This document shows positions 39,451 to 50,012 of a stretch of 64,000 bases of DNA, piece after piece. The translations under genes and the position numbers were made by a program. The notes beneath the pieces are model-generated. The model ran no database searches. It saw only the letters and a list, made by a program, of their open reading frames with translations, and was not told where the DNA came from. How positions within the stretch are numbered: position 1 is the stretch's first letter; every line of letters begins with the position of its first letter. The DNA comes from Verrucomicrobiota bacterium (GTDB taxonomy: Bacteria; Verrucomicrobiota; Verrucomicrobiia; Limisphaerales; UBA1100), in the NCBI GenBank assembly GCA_028343615.1, contig JAOLZA010000002.1, forward strand, positions 1,515-65,514. Direction: 5' to 3'.

Positions 39451-39618
39451 CGGCAACACCCTCGCCACCCCCGGCAAGCTCATTGCCGACTTTGGCAATC
39501 CTTCCGCCACCCTCGGCTAGCCCATTGCCATCGCCGGCGAAGGCCATGTTGTCCGTGGCGAAGCCGTTGCCGCCCACAAAAATGCCCCGGTCATCCTTGG
39601 CGAAGGCGTCGCCAATCT
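39451..39618. repeat. Degenerate 21-bp tandem repeat, about 8 units
   Basis: Units start at 39451, 39472, 39493, 39514, 39535, 39556, 39577, 39598; approximate consensus YGGCRA-n5-TYGCC-n5. Confidence 0.7.
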
Positions 39619-39796
39619 TCAAAATGAGCTTTCCCTTGAAGGGAGCCTAGTCCTTAGGCTTCTTCAATACAGTCAGTGGGTTCACCCGCCCAATGTGGTG
39701 GCTATTAGCCTCCTATTATCAAGGCAAAATTATATATCTATATCGCAAAAGATTGTCTCATTAGGTTCCGGGGCTATAGTTTTCTTTACCGTCGCC

Positions 39797-41503
39797 ATGG
39801 AAATTCTCATCAGTAGAAACGGAGAGCAAATGGGGCCATACACTCTTGAGGAGGTGAATAGATACCTCACTCAGAGTGCTTTGGTTCCAACCGATCAGGC
39901 ATGGCATGAGGGGTTATCGGAATGGATTTCCATCTCACAGATTTCCGGGGTAGTCACCCAACCCTCCCCGATCAAATCGATGGAGGAACCCTTGAGGCTG
40001 GGGGCAAAAACCATTCAGACTGCAAGTTTCGAAATGCGTGAGTTTCTAGAACTCTCATGCTTGTATCTTGCCGCATCTGACCAGCAGTTCACCGGAGTTG
40101 AGCAGGAATGGATAGACGCATCTTTCGGGCACGGAACTGCCGACCATTTTCTAGCTAGCTTAGCGTCTACCCAGTGGGAAGAAGTGTTCGCTCGCATCAA
40201 CGAATTGGTCGGGCTTATCCCAGCATATGAAATGCAGATTATCTCAGGCGGTATTGAAGATTTTTTGAAAGAACTTCTCTCCGTAGATGGCTGGGATTCC
40301 GAGGAGAAAGAACGTCTTGATAGCTTCATGAAGTACCTCGCCGATATGGGGATGCAGGTTAACCAAGACACCACGGATGTCCCCCCTATTTTGCCTCAAG
40401 CTATCCCCCAAAAATCACTGAAGAGGGAAACTGAAGAGACAGTGGAGTATGATGATGATCCACTAAAGGTCACGATAAACGAGTTAAGCGCAACGTTAAG
40501 AGGCTCCCTTTCTACGGAGTCCGTGGGGTCAGGTTTCTCACTGCCATTTTTCGGCCCTTCAATACCTTTAAAACCAATCGATAAATACGCAGAAATCCAT
40601 ACCCATTACAAAGAGCATGATTTACATTACGGCCCCTACAATTTTGAAAAGGCCGCATCATATGATTGGGAGGGGAAGAATCCTGTGGTTCGGTTTGAAG
40701 GAGAAAGCAAGTGGCACTCGATTGGCGTAATCAAGGGGGTGTGGGATAAATGTTATGCCTCAAAGAAACAAACTGAGAAGCTGAAGAAAGCGGGCGTCGA
40801 CTTTGACGACTCAGCGATCACGTTTAAACAGGCAACGTGGGCAATAGATAAGCTAAACGTAGCTAAGAAAGAAGTTGCTGCCAAAAAACGCGCCATTAAT
40901 GCGGTGAAGCCCGCCACAAAAAACACCCTCAAAAAAATGGACGAGCTTGGCGTCAAATATAAAGAGGGAGTTACGAGGGCGGAGGCAGATAGGCTAATTG
41001 AAAAACACTGGGAAAAGATTGCAAAGGGTGAGTTCAAAAAGAATCTTAAGTTAGCAAAAGAGAGGGGGCTCGATGTTGATTCGAAAATCGACCCCTTTGA
41101 CTTATCTGAATTGATCCATGAAGACGCAGCACCTACGCCCGAACAAGACAAGAAGCTACAAGACTTTAACTCCACTATTGCAACATATGGAGGGCGTGCA
41201 CAAAACTTTAGGAACTTAACTTCGGACGATGCTGAATGTCACTTAGACATGATTGAAGAAGCCGTTAATTGGGCAACAAACCATACAGACATTGATGGAG
41301 ACTATTATTTTGATAACGAAAACCAGACTCACGAATATTCTCAACAAAGACCATTAACACCCAAAGAGATTACCGCCCTAAATGAGGGGTGCATGAAGAA
41401 AGTTCAAAAAATGATTGAGGAGGAGGAAAGTTACTATGAAGAAGAGAGGGATAAAATATTGCTTAAAGTAGCAAAGTCTGCATTTAAAAAAGAAAAATCT
41501 TGA
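39797..41503 (+). CDS. GYF_2/DUF4339-domain multidomain protein, AT-rich
   Basis: N-terminal ISRNGEQMGPYTLEEV...AWHEGLSEWISI is GYF_2-like; followed by a TerB-like helical segment and acidic/basic repeats. Confidence 0.75.
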   Translation: MEILISRNGEQMGPYTLEEVNRYLTQSALVPTDQAWHEGLSEWISISQISGVVTQPSPIKSMEEPLRLGAKTIQTASFEMREFLELSCLYLAASDQQFTGVEQEWIDASFGHGTADHFLASLASTQWEEVFARINELVGLIPAYEMQIISGGIEDFLKELLSVDGWDSEEKERLDSFMKYLADMGMQVNQDTTDVPPILPQAIPQKSLKRETEETVEYDDDPLKVTINELSATLRGSLSTESVGSGFSLPFFGPSIPLKPIDKYAEIHTHYKEHDLHYGPYNFEKAASYDWEGKNPVVRFEGESKWHSIGVIKGVWDKCYASKKQTEKLKKAGVDFDDSAITFKQATWAIDKLNVAKKEVAAKKRAINAVKPATKNTLKKMDELGVKYKEGVTRAEADRLIEKHWEKIAKGEFKKNLKLAKERGLDVDSKIDPFDLSELIHEDAAPTPEQDKKLQDFNSTIATYGGRAQNFRNLTSDDAECHLDMIEEAVNWATNHTDIDGDYYFDNENQTHEYSQQRPLTPKEITALNEGCMKKVQKMIEEEESYYEEERDKILLKVAKSAFKKEKS

Positions 41504-41572
41504 TGACGATTGGTAGCAATAAATCAGATCAAAAATCTTCTTAATTTTCTTTTAAATATTTCTCCCCCCGCC

Positions 41573-43471
41573 CTACTTTTTTTCTTCTCCCGAGTCGCCT
41601 GCCAATCGTCGCGCAATGAACTGGCGCACTTTGGGAATTTTGCACTTGGCGATGAGCTTCAACGCTTCAGCGCGGTTTTCCGGAATGGCGGGGTTGATGC
41701 CGTACCAAACCATCAGCGGTAGCACGGGGTCGTTGGCGAACGTGGTCTGCGACACGAGTGCGGTGGCCAACTCCCAACGCTGGGCGTGGGGCAGTCGTTG
41801 CAGTGTCGAGGCGAGTTCCAGTTGCACAAGGCCGGCTGTGTCCGTTCGCGCCATTTTTACAAACCGTTTCAACGCGGCTTTGGATGGCGCGCCGGAATCA
41901 TTCAGCAGCTTGATGGCCCACACGCGGATGTGTTCGCGCGGGTCGTGGGTTTGCTCGAGTAGCCATTTCTCTTCCAAACCGCCGGTGACGTGTAGCGCCC
42001 ACATTGCACGCAGGGCGGTAGGGGTGGAGGAGGTGGTCTGGTATGTGTTTAAAAGAACCTCGCGCGCCTCGGCGAGGTCCTTGTGATCGGTTGCGGCCCG
42101 TGCCTGCAAAAGTTGCCGCGACTGGCGAACGAGCCATTCGTTGCGGCTGCCTTGCAGCTTGGCCAGCTCGGGACTGGAGAGCTTGGCGAGGTTCAGTTTG
42201 TGCGGTCGGGTTTTGCCGTGAGTGATTTTATAGATGCGGCCGCTGGTACGGTGGATGCCGTCGTTCTCGTGGCACTCGCCGATGTCTGACCAGTCGAGCA
42301 CGTACACGCCGCCGTCCGGGCCGTAGCTCAGCTCGATGCCACGGAACCATTTGTCCTTCGTCTTCATGAAGTCCGGCGCGTGCTTGCCGACGTAGCCTGC
42401 GCCTTTGCGATGGAGCGTTTCTTGATTCATTCGCAGGCCATGGAAGTTTAAAGTGAACAAGCGGCCACGGTATTTATCGGGCCAGTTGTCGCCGAGATAA
42501 ATCATCATACCGGTGTGCGCGTGGCCACCCCCGGCTGCGTCGGTGCCGGAGGTCATGCCGGTCTTTTTCAAATCAGCCCACTTCTCCTTGCCGATGTCCC
42601 AGTGGAAATGATCGGCGGTTTGCTGGATGAGTTCATAGAGGTGCTTGTCAAAATGTTCGCCGTACATGCGCTGAAAGCGTGCGCCGGGAACGACGTGCCA
42701 GAGATGGCCGATGACAGTGTTGATGAAAAACAACTGGCCGTGTTCATCCCAGTCGTGCCCCCAGGAATTCGTGGTGCCGTGGCAGACGACTTCGAATTTC
42801 TTGCGCTTGGGATGATATCGCCAGAGGCCGCAGTTGATGGGTGTGCGCTTGGCTTCAGGCGTACCAGGCACACCAACCTTTGATCCCGGCCCAAGGATTC
42901 CATGCCGTCCGTATAGCCAGCCATCGGGCCCCCATCGCAGGCCGTTAACGATGTTGTGCCGCACCTTGTCGTTATCGAATCCATCCAGCACAACTGTTGG
43001 TTTACCATCCGGCACATCATCACCATTCTTGTCAGCTAGAAATAAAATTTCCGGTGCACATGCCGCCCATACCCCACCGAACCCAATCTCGATGCTGGTT
43101 AACTGACTTGCTCCGTCCCAGAAAATTTTCCGCTTGTCGAACACGCCGTCGTGATTCGTGTCTTCCAAGATGATGATACGGTCCTTGAGCTTCTTTTCGA
43201 AATTCGTTTCCCGTTCGGCGTAGGTATAGCACTCGGCTACCCATAACCTTCCGCGCGCATCCCAAGCCATATCGATCGGCTGCCGCACCATCGGTTCGGC
43301 GGCGGCAAGCTGCACGCGAAAGCCTTTGGGTACTGTGACCGCCTTGAGCGCCTCGGCGGGTTTGAGAAGTGGCGTGGAAAGCTCTTGCGTGTTGAATGGC
43401 GGCGGGGCTTTGGGAGCTGCTGCTAGCATTGAGCAGCTGATGGCAAATATGAAAAGAGAGGGATGGTTCAT
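41573..43471 (-). CDS. PVC-type membrane-bound dehydrogenase-like beta-propeller + HEAT repeats, no cytochrome c domain
   Basis: AAEPMVRQPIDMAWDARGRLWV, LRWGPDGWLYG, GTTNSWG, GPDGGVYVLDW; no CxxCH. Confidence 0.88.
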   Translation of the reverse strand: MNHPSLFIFAISCSMLAAAPKAPPPFNTQELSTPLLKPAEALKAVTVPKGFRVQLAAAEPMVRQPIDMAWDARGRLWVAECYTYAERETNFEKKLKDRIIILEDTNHDGVFDKRKIFWDGASQLTSIEIGFGGVWAACAPEILFLADKNGDDVPDGKPTVVLDGFDNDKVRHNIVNGLRWGPDGWLYGRHGILGPGSKVGVPGTPEAKRTPINCGLWRYHPKRKKFEVVCHGTTNSWGHDWDEHGQLFFINTVIGHLWHVVPGARFQRMYGEHFDKHLYELIQQTADHFHWDIGKEKWADLKKTGMTSGTDAAGGGHAHTGMMIYLGDNWPDKYRGRLFTLNFHGLRMNQETLHRKGAGYVGKHAPDFMKTKDKWFRGIELSYGPDGGVYVLDWSDIGECHENDGIHRTSGRIYKITHGKTRPHKLNLAKLSSPELAKLQGSRNEWLVRQSRQLLQARAATDHKDLAEAREVLLNTYQTTSSTPTALRAMWALHVTGGLEEKWLLEQTHDPREHIRVWAIKLLNDSGAPSKAALKRFVKMARTDTAGLVQLELASTLQRLPHAQRWELATALVSQTTFANDPVLPLMVWYGINPAIPENRAEALKLIAKCKIPKVRQFIARRLAGDSGEEKK

Positions 43472-43525
43472 GCGTTTGATGGGGAAATCAAACGCTGACC
43501 CGTAGTTCCCGTCAATGTCTATCGT

Positions 43526-45481
43526 CTACAGTGTGACTTTTTGGCGTCCCGCCGCTTTTTTTGCCTTGGGTTCAAAGCCTTTTAGCGTCTTGGTATTCGG
43601 TTTTTGCATTCCGATTTTTAGAGTGTGTTTTCCTTTGGAATAAACGCGGGGTTGGAAGCGGCTGTTTTGGGCGCGGGCGGTGTAAAGGATTTCACCGGTT
43701 TTGTCTTCGATGACTTGGATGACGGGGTTGATACCTTTACCAAATTGTAGCTCGGGCAGCCAGCCGGCGACTTTACGGCCATCGTTGGCGTTGTCAGCTA
43801 CGGTAATTGGCCAACCGGGGAATTGAGCCTTATCGCCATCGGCTACATCACAAAAGCGCGGCCAGCATTCCAGGGTGACTTCGCGAGATTTTTTGTTGAA
43901 GCGCGCGATTCCATAACCATCAGCACGTTTTTTCTCGTCGTTGCGGTTTTCCGGGTTTGCATAGGCGAGCATAGAGATTTTATTACCGAGGCCATCCTTG
44001 AAATCACCGGTCCAAGGCAGCGGGCTGTTGGGCACGGGATTGGGTCCGGCCTTTTCATCGAGTGGATGCCACCAGCGGCCGTAGATTGTATTCACCAACG
44101 CGGGGCCGGTGAAACCGTACGGACCATCGCCGTATTCGTTGATGCCATGTTTCACAACTACCGCGAGATGCTGATCACCACAAAGATGCACGGCCCACGC
44201 ACGGCGAATGAGTGCGAGCGCGCGGCGGCTGGGAGTTTGTGGCCAACCGTTGCAATCGAGATCGGCGAGCAATCTCTTATCAGGGCCGCCGTGCATGTGT
44301 ACTGCTCCGCAGAAGGCGGTTTGTGAAAGTACGCCTTTCATTTCAGAACCTGTCCAGTCGGCAGTCCAGTCTTCAAGAAATTTTTCCTGCCGCGGGCCGA
44401 GCAATTCCAAACCGGGCAAATCAATTTTATTCGGGTCGTATTTGGGATCGTTGATGTGGTCGGGTCGCGGCCCCATCTTCGGGATTTTCCCGGCGGGACC
44501 GGTTTTGAATTTGCGGTCCTCGAGTATGGCAAAGTCCACGCCACCAACGGTGAGTCGGGTGTAGTACACGCCGATATTGCGATCCACTGGCTTGGGATCG
44601 GCAGGATCGGGCAGGTTTGAGGTTTGCTGGCGTTGGACTTGGTTTACGTATTTCACCGGATATTTATAACCGCCATCTGCGCCGCCGTTGAGCTTGGCTA
44701 GTTTGCCGCTTTCACCCCACACATTGCCGTGGCCGACGTCGTGATCGTCGGGAATGCAAATGGCGGGGCGATCACGAAGGATGTCGCGGTATTGAATGCC
44801 GAACTCAATCCAACCGGTAGTGTGTTCGGTGTGGCGGTAGTGCTGGTCGCCGCCGAAGTAGAGTAAATCAGGATCGTGATAGCGGAGGTTGTCGACAATT
44901 TCTTTGCGCGGCCCGCCGGTGCGGCTGGAGTTACAGGAAAGATTGGCGACGACGATGACGTCCTTATTCGAAGGATCGCGCCGGATGAGTCCCTCGAAAT
45001 TCGCCTTCGCACCGTGGCATATGCGGTAGGGCACGTTCAGCGTGTTGTCCCATTTTTCTATGCGGAAATGCGCGTCCCAGCCGGGGTAATGCACCTCCAC
45101 CTTGGCCGCCTCGACCCACAATCCATTTCGCTTGAACTCCAACCGTGCTTCGCGTTTTTCGCCGGGCTTGAGTGGGAAGAGCTGCCCGGTAATTTTCAGC
45201 ACGCCGTTCTGATGCGTGTAAATTGCAAACGCCACCACTTGATCGCGCGGCACATTAAGATTTGGCATGGCGGCTTTGCGACCGCCCTTGAGCGGCACAC
45301 CCATATTGGACGGACGCTTCCACCAATCGCCGGTCGTCAGCGATTCCAGCCGTGCAAATTTTTCACCAAAAGGCTTTAGGACATCTTCCGCGTTGAGAAA
45401 GTTCCGGGTGACCACTAGCGCTCCCGCGCTGGCGGCAGTCAGTTTTAACGCTGCGCGGCGATTCATTTGAATTTTTTTCAT
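43526..45481 (-). CDS. Tat-exported PhoD-like metallophosphoesterase
   Basis: MNRRAALK Tat signal; FGGDQHY, PDDHDV, LEDRKFK, HLCGDQH metal-binding motifs. Confidence 0.8.
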   Translation of the reverse strand: MKKIQMNRRAALKLTAASAGALVVTRNFLNAEDVLKPFGEKFARLESLTTGDWWKRPSNMGVPLKGGRKAAMPNLNVPRDQVVAFAIYTHQNGVLKITGQLFPLKPGEKREARLEFKRNGLWVEAAKVEVHYPGWDAHFRIEKWDNTLNVPYRICHGAKANFEGLIRRDPSNKDVIVVANLSCNSSRTGGPRKEIVDNLRYHDPDLLYFGGDQHYRHTEHTTGWIEFGIQYRDILRDRPAICIPDDHDVGHGNVWGESGKLAKLNGGADGGYKYPVKYVNQVQRQQTSNLPDPADPKPVDRNIGVYYTRLTVGGVDFAILEDRKFKTGPAGKIPKMGPRPDHINDPKYDPNKIDLPGLELLGPRQEKFLEDWTADWTGSEMKGVLSQTAFCGAVHMHGGPDKRLLADLDCNGWPQTPSRRALALIRRAWAVHLCGDQHLAVVVKHGINEYGDGPYGFTGPALVNTIYGRWWHPLDEKAGPNPVPNSPLPWTGDFKDGLGNKISMLAYANPENRNDEKKRADGYGIARFNKKSREVTLECWPRFCDVADGDKAQFPGWPITVADNANDGRKVAGWLPELQFGKGINPVIQVIEDKTGEILYTARAQNSRFQPRVYSKGKHTLKIGMQKPNTKTLKGFEPKAKKAAGRQKVTL

Positions 45482-45516
45482 TTGAAAATTATTTATGTTT
45501 GATGGTGCGCTTAGAT

Positions 45517-46551
45517 TTATTTTTTTCTGCCACTTGGCATGATGGGGCTGTCCCAACCGGCAAGATCGGCCGGCTTTACCTGTTTGGCACCTCCCCCGAA
45601 TTTAAATGTTGTTGGTTGATAGGGGCCCACAAAGGCGACATTCATGTCTGGCTTAATATTTTTCTCAAGGCCCATGCACCAAAAAACGCCATTGATGATG
45701 CACCGGCGCACACCTTCACTGATAATGTCCTCAGAGGCCCCCTGTGTACTCGTGAAAACGCGGCCTCCCTTACCTGAAGTAGATTTGTAGGTGCGCACCC
45801 AGATGGATGGGCTGGGCGGTTTGTTTTCCAGCGGCTTGCCGTCGGGCTTCATGGAATCAAGCACCTGATTTTTTCCAAGGATCACCGAGCCTTCGATCGG
45901 TACCGCGCTGTAGGCCCCAGCCATGGCATGCATGTCCTTTACCCCACGCATCACCGGATGGTCTTTTTGATCCGGCACCACAAACATACGCGTACTAAAC
46001 TTGTGATTGCTACCATAGTGCCCAGCCCCTTCCCGAGGACGCCAGGTTTCGCCGAGCACCTGACGGCCAAAACCGTAGTCATAGTCCTTATTTCGTGAGT
46101 TAAAGTTGTAATAGGCATACTTACCTTTCAATTTGTTGAAGCCGTGCGTGGTGGTTCGCAAACCAAGAACTGGCCCACCTCGATCTAGGTAATCAGTGAA
46201 ATGTTTCATTGAGGCATCATCGGGAGCGACAAATCGCAGGAACAGGAACATCATGTCGGCCTTATCCAGAGCTTCCATGCCTGGAATATTGGAGGAGCCC
46301 GGTTTGATGTAGCCATCATTGTCCAGCCCGAAGAGCACAGTGCACTTGAAGCCATATCGCTTGGCCAGAATGCGGGCGATGGCCGGGCAAGTTTCTTCGC
46401 CGCGATACTCGTGATCGCTCGCGATGAACACGATATGTTTTCCTTTACCGATGCCCTTTTTTCCTTCGTAGACCAATGGGCCCGCCAGTGCGGCGAGTGT
46501 CATTTGAAATAAAAGCGCAAATACAATGTGAATGTGTTTAATGGATCTCAT
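45517..46551 (-). CDS. ThuA-like (class I glutamine amidotransferase-fold) secreted protein
   Basis: Signal peptide; HIVFIASDHEY, PVLGLRTTTHGF, HPVMRGV, RVFTSTQG, NGVFW. Confidence 0.8.
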   Translation of the reverse strand: MRSIKHIHIVFALLFQMTLAALAGPLVYEGKKGIGKGKHIVFIASDHEYRGEETCPAIARILAKRYGFKCTVLFGLDNDGYIKPGSSNIPGMEALDKADMMFLFLRFVAPDDASMKHFTDYLDRGGPVLGLRTTTHGFNKLKGKYAYYNFNSRNKDYDYGFGRQVLGETWRPREGAGHYGSNHKFSTRMFVVPDQKDHPVMRGVKDMHAMAGAYSAVPIEGSVILGKNQVLDSMKPDGKPLENKPPSPSIWVRTYKSTSGKGGRVFTSTQGASEDIISEGVRRCIINGVFWCMGLEKNIKPDMNVAFVGPYQPTTFKFGGGAKQVKPADLAGWDSPIMPSGRKK

Positions 46552-46577
46552 GTTTTTATAAATTAACGTTAAAAAGT

Positions 46578-47177
46578 TTATTTCAATTCGGTTAACTTAA
46601 GGTTGCGGTAGTCGATGGACATATCTCGGCTACCGTGCAGCTGAAGCCCCAGAGGACCTTCCTTAATGGCCGACGCACTCTTGTAGGTCATTACCTTTTC
46701 ACCTTGCAACCAAACGGTGTATTCTGGGCCAATGGCCTGAATGCGCATGGTATTCCAATCTTTTGGCTTGAGGAGCTTCTTAATATTCTTCGCCTCCACT
46801 GGATAGCCCTTGCCCGGGATGTACGGCGAGCACGTCATGTCGCGATTTAGCGAGCCGCTGATGCCAATTTGAATTTGATCTTTGGTACGTATATGTACGC
46901 CGCTATCCACCCGACCCAAGCCCATTCGGAATTCAAACTCCATCAGAAAATTCTGGTACTTCTTTTTTGTCCAAAGAATCGATCCCTTCTTTTTCGGCCC
47001 ACTTTGAATTTTCAGAATCCCATCCACCGCCTTGTACCAGCCCGCAGCTTCATTGCCTTTTGGGGCCTTCCAGCCGGCGAGGTCTTTTCCGTTGAAAATG
47101 GGTTTCAAAATTGGCTCGGCAAAAACATCGGAGGCGAACCCAAAGAGGATAACAAACAAAAACGGCTTGAATTGCAT
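46578..47177 (-). CDS. DUF1080 family protein
   Basis: [37 protein letters not shown]. Confidence 0.9.
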   Translation of the reverse strand: MQFKPFLFVILFGFASDVFAEPILKPIFNGKDLAGWKAPKGNEAAGWYKAVDGILKIQSGPKKKGSILWTKKKYQNFLMEFEFRMGLGRVDSGVHIRTKDQIQIGISGSLNRDMTCSPYIPGKGYPVEAKNIKKLLKPKDWNTMRIQAIGPEYTVWLQGEKVMTYKSASAIKEGPLGLQLHGSRDMSIDYRNLKLTELK

Positions 47178-47271
47178 GGGCAAGATTGTGCCCGATTGCT
47201 CCAGCGAATCAAGCCCCAACGACCCTTGGGGATTGACCGCACCGCCGTGCGCAATGACAATCCGCCTTCGC

Positions 47272-48588
47272 ATGCGTACCATTCTCCTTTGCTTACTTGC
47301 ACTGACCATTCCCGTTTCCGCTCAGCAGGCGCCTTACGATAAGCCGCCCTCCGCGGTGCCGCCGTATTACCGCGTGCGTTACGAGGCTTCAACCAAGCCT
47401 GGCGAATTGATTTTTCCGGTTCAGTATACGGTGTGGATTCCTGCGGGAGTCGAGCCGCTGCGCGGGGTCGTGGTGCATCAGCACGGTTGCGGCGAGGGCT
47501 CGTGCAAATCCGGACAGACCGGCGCCTTCGATTTGCATTGGCAGGCGCTGGCAAAAAAGCACGGGTGCGCGTTGCTGGCACCTTCTTATGAGCAACCGCA
47601 AAAGGCCGATTGCCAAATGTGGTGTGATCCGCGCAACGGCTCCGACGGCGCCTTCCGCAAAGCGCTGGCCGACCTCGGCAAGCGTAGCGGCCATCCTGAA
47701 TTGGTCACGGTGCCGTGGGCATTATGGGGTCACAGCGGCGGCGGACATTGGGTTGGCGGCATGGTGATGCTACATCCCGAACGCGTGGCGGCCGCGTGGT
47801 TACGATCGGGTGTGCCATTGTTTGTGCCCAATCCGGAACGTCAACTCATTAAGCCGCATACATTGCCAAAGGCTGCGCTCGGTGTGCCGATGATGTGCAA
47901 TCCCGGTACGAAGGAAGGAGTCACCGTGAAGGATGGTCGATTTTCCAAAGTGTGGCCGGCCAACGAAAAATTTATCAAAACTATCCGCCGCCGCGGCGGT
48001 CTGCTGGGTCTGGCGGTGGATCCACTTGCCGCGCATGAATGTGGCAACCAGCGTTATATGGCCATCCCGTGGCTAGATGCCTGCCTCACCATGCGGCTGC
48101 CTGCCAAGACCGGACAACCACTCAAGCCAATGCCCGTCCACGATGCGTGGCTCGCTCCGCTGCTCGGCCAGCAAGCCGTGCCCGCTGGAAAATTCACTGG
48201 TGATGAGACAGAAGCCGTTTGGCTGCCCAACGCCGCCATCGCCCACACATGGATGCACTATGTAAGGGACACAGAAATTCCTGATCCAAGCCCGCCACCC
48301 GCGCCCACGAATTTGAAAGTGGATGGCCACACGCTCACTTGGCAAGTCGAGGCCGACCTCGAAAGCGGTCTCGCCCATTTCATTATCCTGCGTGACGGCA
48401 AACCCATCGGTACCGTGCCCGAGACGCCCAAGAACCGCTTTGGTCGCCCCATCTTCCAAGGTTTGCAATACAGCGACACACCAGCTGCACCGCTCGTGCA
48501 AATGAAGTTCACCGATAGAACCGCCGGCAACGCGAAGCACACCTACCGTGTGGTCGCAGTGAACACAGTGGGGCTGAAGTCGAAGTGA
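47272..48588 (+). CDS. Secreted alpha/beta hydrolase with C-terminal fibronectin-III-like domain
   Basis: Signal peptide [17 protein letters not shown]; WGHSGGG elbow; PPAPTNL...[13 protein letters not shown]. Confidence 0.8.
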   Translation: MRTILLCLLALTIPVSAQQAPYDKPPSAVPPYYRVRYEASTKPGELIFPVQYTVWIPAGVEPLRGVVVHQHGCGEGSCKSGQTGAFDLHWQALAKKHGCALLAPSYEQPQKADCQMWCDPRNGSDGAFRKALADLGKRSGHPELVTVPWALWGHSGGGHWVGGMVMLHPERVAAAWLRSGVPLFVPNPERQLIKPHTLPKAALGVPMMCNPGTKEGVTVKDGRFSKVWPANEKFIKTIRRRGGLLGLAVDPLAAHECGNQRYMAIPWLDACLTMRLPAKTGQPLKPMPVHDAWLAPLLGQQAVPAGKFTGDETEAVWLPNAAIAHTWMHYVRDTEIPDPSPPPAPTNLKVDGHTLTWQVEADLESGLAHFIILRDGKPIGTVPETPKNRFGRPIFQGLQYSDTPAAPLVQMKFTDRTAGNAKHTYRVVAVNTVGLKSK

Positions 48589-48605
48589 TGGGTTGACTGG
48601 CGAAG

Positions 48606-49961
48606 TTACTTTTTCTTTGGCTTGCCGCGTCCCTGGCGTTCCTTGGATTTTAACTCTGTGACAACACCTTCGTCGCCCTGTGCTTTCATCCATGCTTCCA
48701 GCTTTGCGCGCAGGTTGATTTGCACTTTTTTCAAATCCGTTTGGCCGGCGAGATTGCTCATTTCCAGTGGGTCGTTTTTTAGGTCGAATAATTCCACCGC
48801 CGGTCGATGATGATAATTGTGTACCAATCGCTTGGCCGTCGCATCGCCCGTCGCGGCCTTGGCGACCATCGACTTGAAGGCTGGCGACTTGGTGCAGGCG
48901 TTGGTGAACTTGCTTTCGTGGTTGAGGTTCAGGATCAGCTTGTAGCGCATGCCGCGCACGGAACGGATGGCAAAAGCGTCAGTGCCGTTGATAATGCCGC
49001 GCGTGGTCATGATGCCGAAGACGTGCTGTTTGTGCGTTTGCGTTTCGCCGCGCAAAACCGGCAAGAAACTTTTTCCGTCGAGTCCATTCACCGCTTTGCC
49101 GGCGGCTGCGTCGATGAACGTCGGCGTCACGTCCACGTATTCCACCATCGCGTCCGTTACCGCGCCGGACTTCACCTTGCCAGGCCAACGTACGACCATT
49201 GCCGACTGCAGCCCGTGATCGTAACAGGTCCATTTCGCAAATGGAAACCCGTTGCCCTGTTCACTTACCACCATCACCAGCGTGTTGTCTGCTAAGCCGT
49301 GTCTATCTAACAGCCCCACGATCTCGCCCACTTGTGAATCGTAATAAGTAATTTCCGCAAGATAATCAGAGAAATCTTCTCTCATTCGTGGCGTGTCCAC
49401 AATGTACGGTGGTAGTTTCACCTTTGCCGGCGGATACTTTGAGGCGTCTCCTTTGTTCCAGGGACTGTGCGGCTCGTTGGAACAGGCAAACAAACAAAAC
49501 GGCTTGCCCCCCTTTGCTGTCTCGGCGAACAGATGATCGATGTATTTCATATCCGGATTTTTCCCGCCCCCAAAATTTTCAAACGGAAACACCGTGCGAG
49601 GATTGATATGCGTCTTCCCCGTTTGCGTCACGCGATACCCCAGCGGCCGCAAGTGATGCACGATGCTCTTTACGTGCGGATACGCCCGCGTGTGGTTCGG
49701 CCACGCGCCGCTTTTCACGGGATACAGCCCCGTATAAACATTGTGCCGAGTCGGTGAACACATTGGTGCCGCCTGAAAGCAACGTGTAAACCGCATGCCT
49801 TGCTTGGCCAGTTTGTCGATATTGGGTGTCTTGGCCTGTCCGCCATAACAGCCGATATCACGAAAGGTGCAATCATCAGCGATGATAAAAACCATGTTTG
49901 GCTTAGCCGCCCAAGATGTCGGCACCAGCACGAGTATCCACGAAAGAAATAAACGTTTCAT
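48606..49961 (-). CDS. Sulfatase (formylglycine-dependent, sulfamidase-like)
   Basis: KPNMVFIIADD, CSPTR (CxPxR), GKTH, ELFDLKNDPLE. Confidence 0.93.
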   Translation of the reverse strand: MKRLFLSWILVLVPTSWAAKPNMVFIIADDCTFRDIGCYGGQAKTPNIDKLAKQGMRFTRCFQAAPMCSPTRHNVYTGLYPVKSGAWPNHTRAYPHVKSIVHHLRPLGYRVTQTGKTHINPRTVFPFENFGGGKNPDMKYIDHLFAETAKGGKPFCLFACSNEPHSPWNKGDASKYPPAKVKLPPYIVDTPRMREDFSDYLAEITYYDSQVGEIVGLLDRHGLADNTLVMVVSEQGNGFPFAKWTCYDHGLQSAMVVRWPGKVKSGAVTDAMVEYVDVTPTFIDAAAGKAVNGLDGKSFLPVLRGETQTHKQHVFGIMTTRGIINGTDAFAIRSVRGMRYKLILNLNHESKFTNACTKSPAFKSMVAKAATGDATAKRLVHNYHHRPAVELFDLKNDPLEMSNLAGQTDLKKVQINLRAKLEAWMKAQGDEGVVTELKSKERQGRGKPKKK

Positions 49962-50012
49962 AATTTGGAGAAGCGGTAGCTTGAGGCTTTTCAAGTCTTC
50001 AGGCAACTCATT

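Noticed and set aside
39451-39618. Possible CRISPR array
   Set aside because: Units are contiguous and degenerate, with no conserved repeat/unique spacer structure and no cas genes
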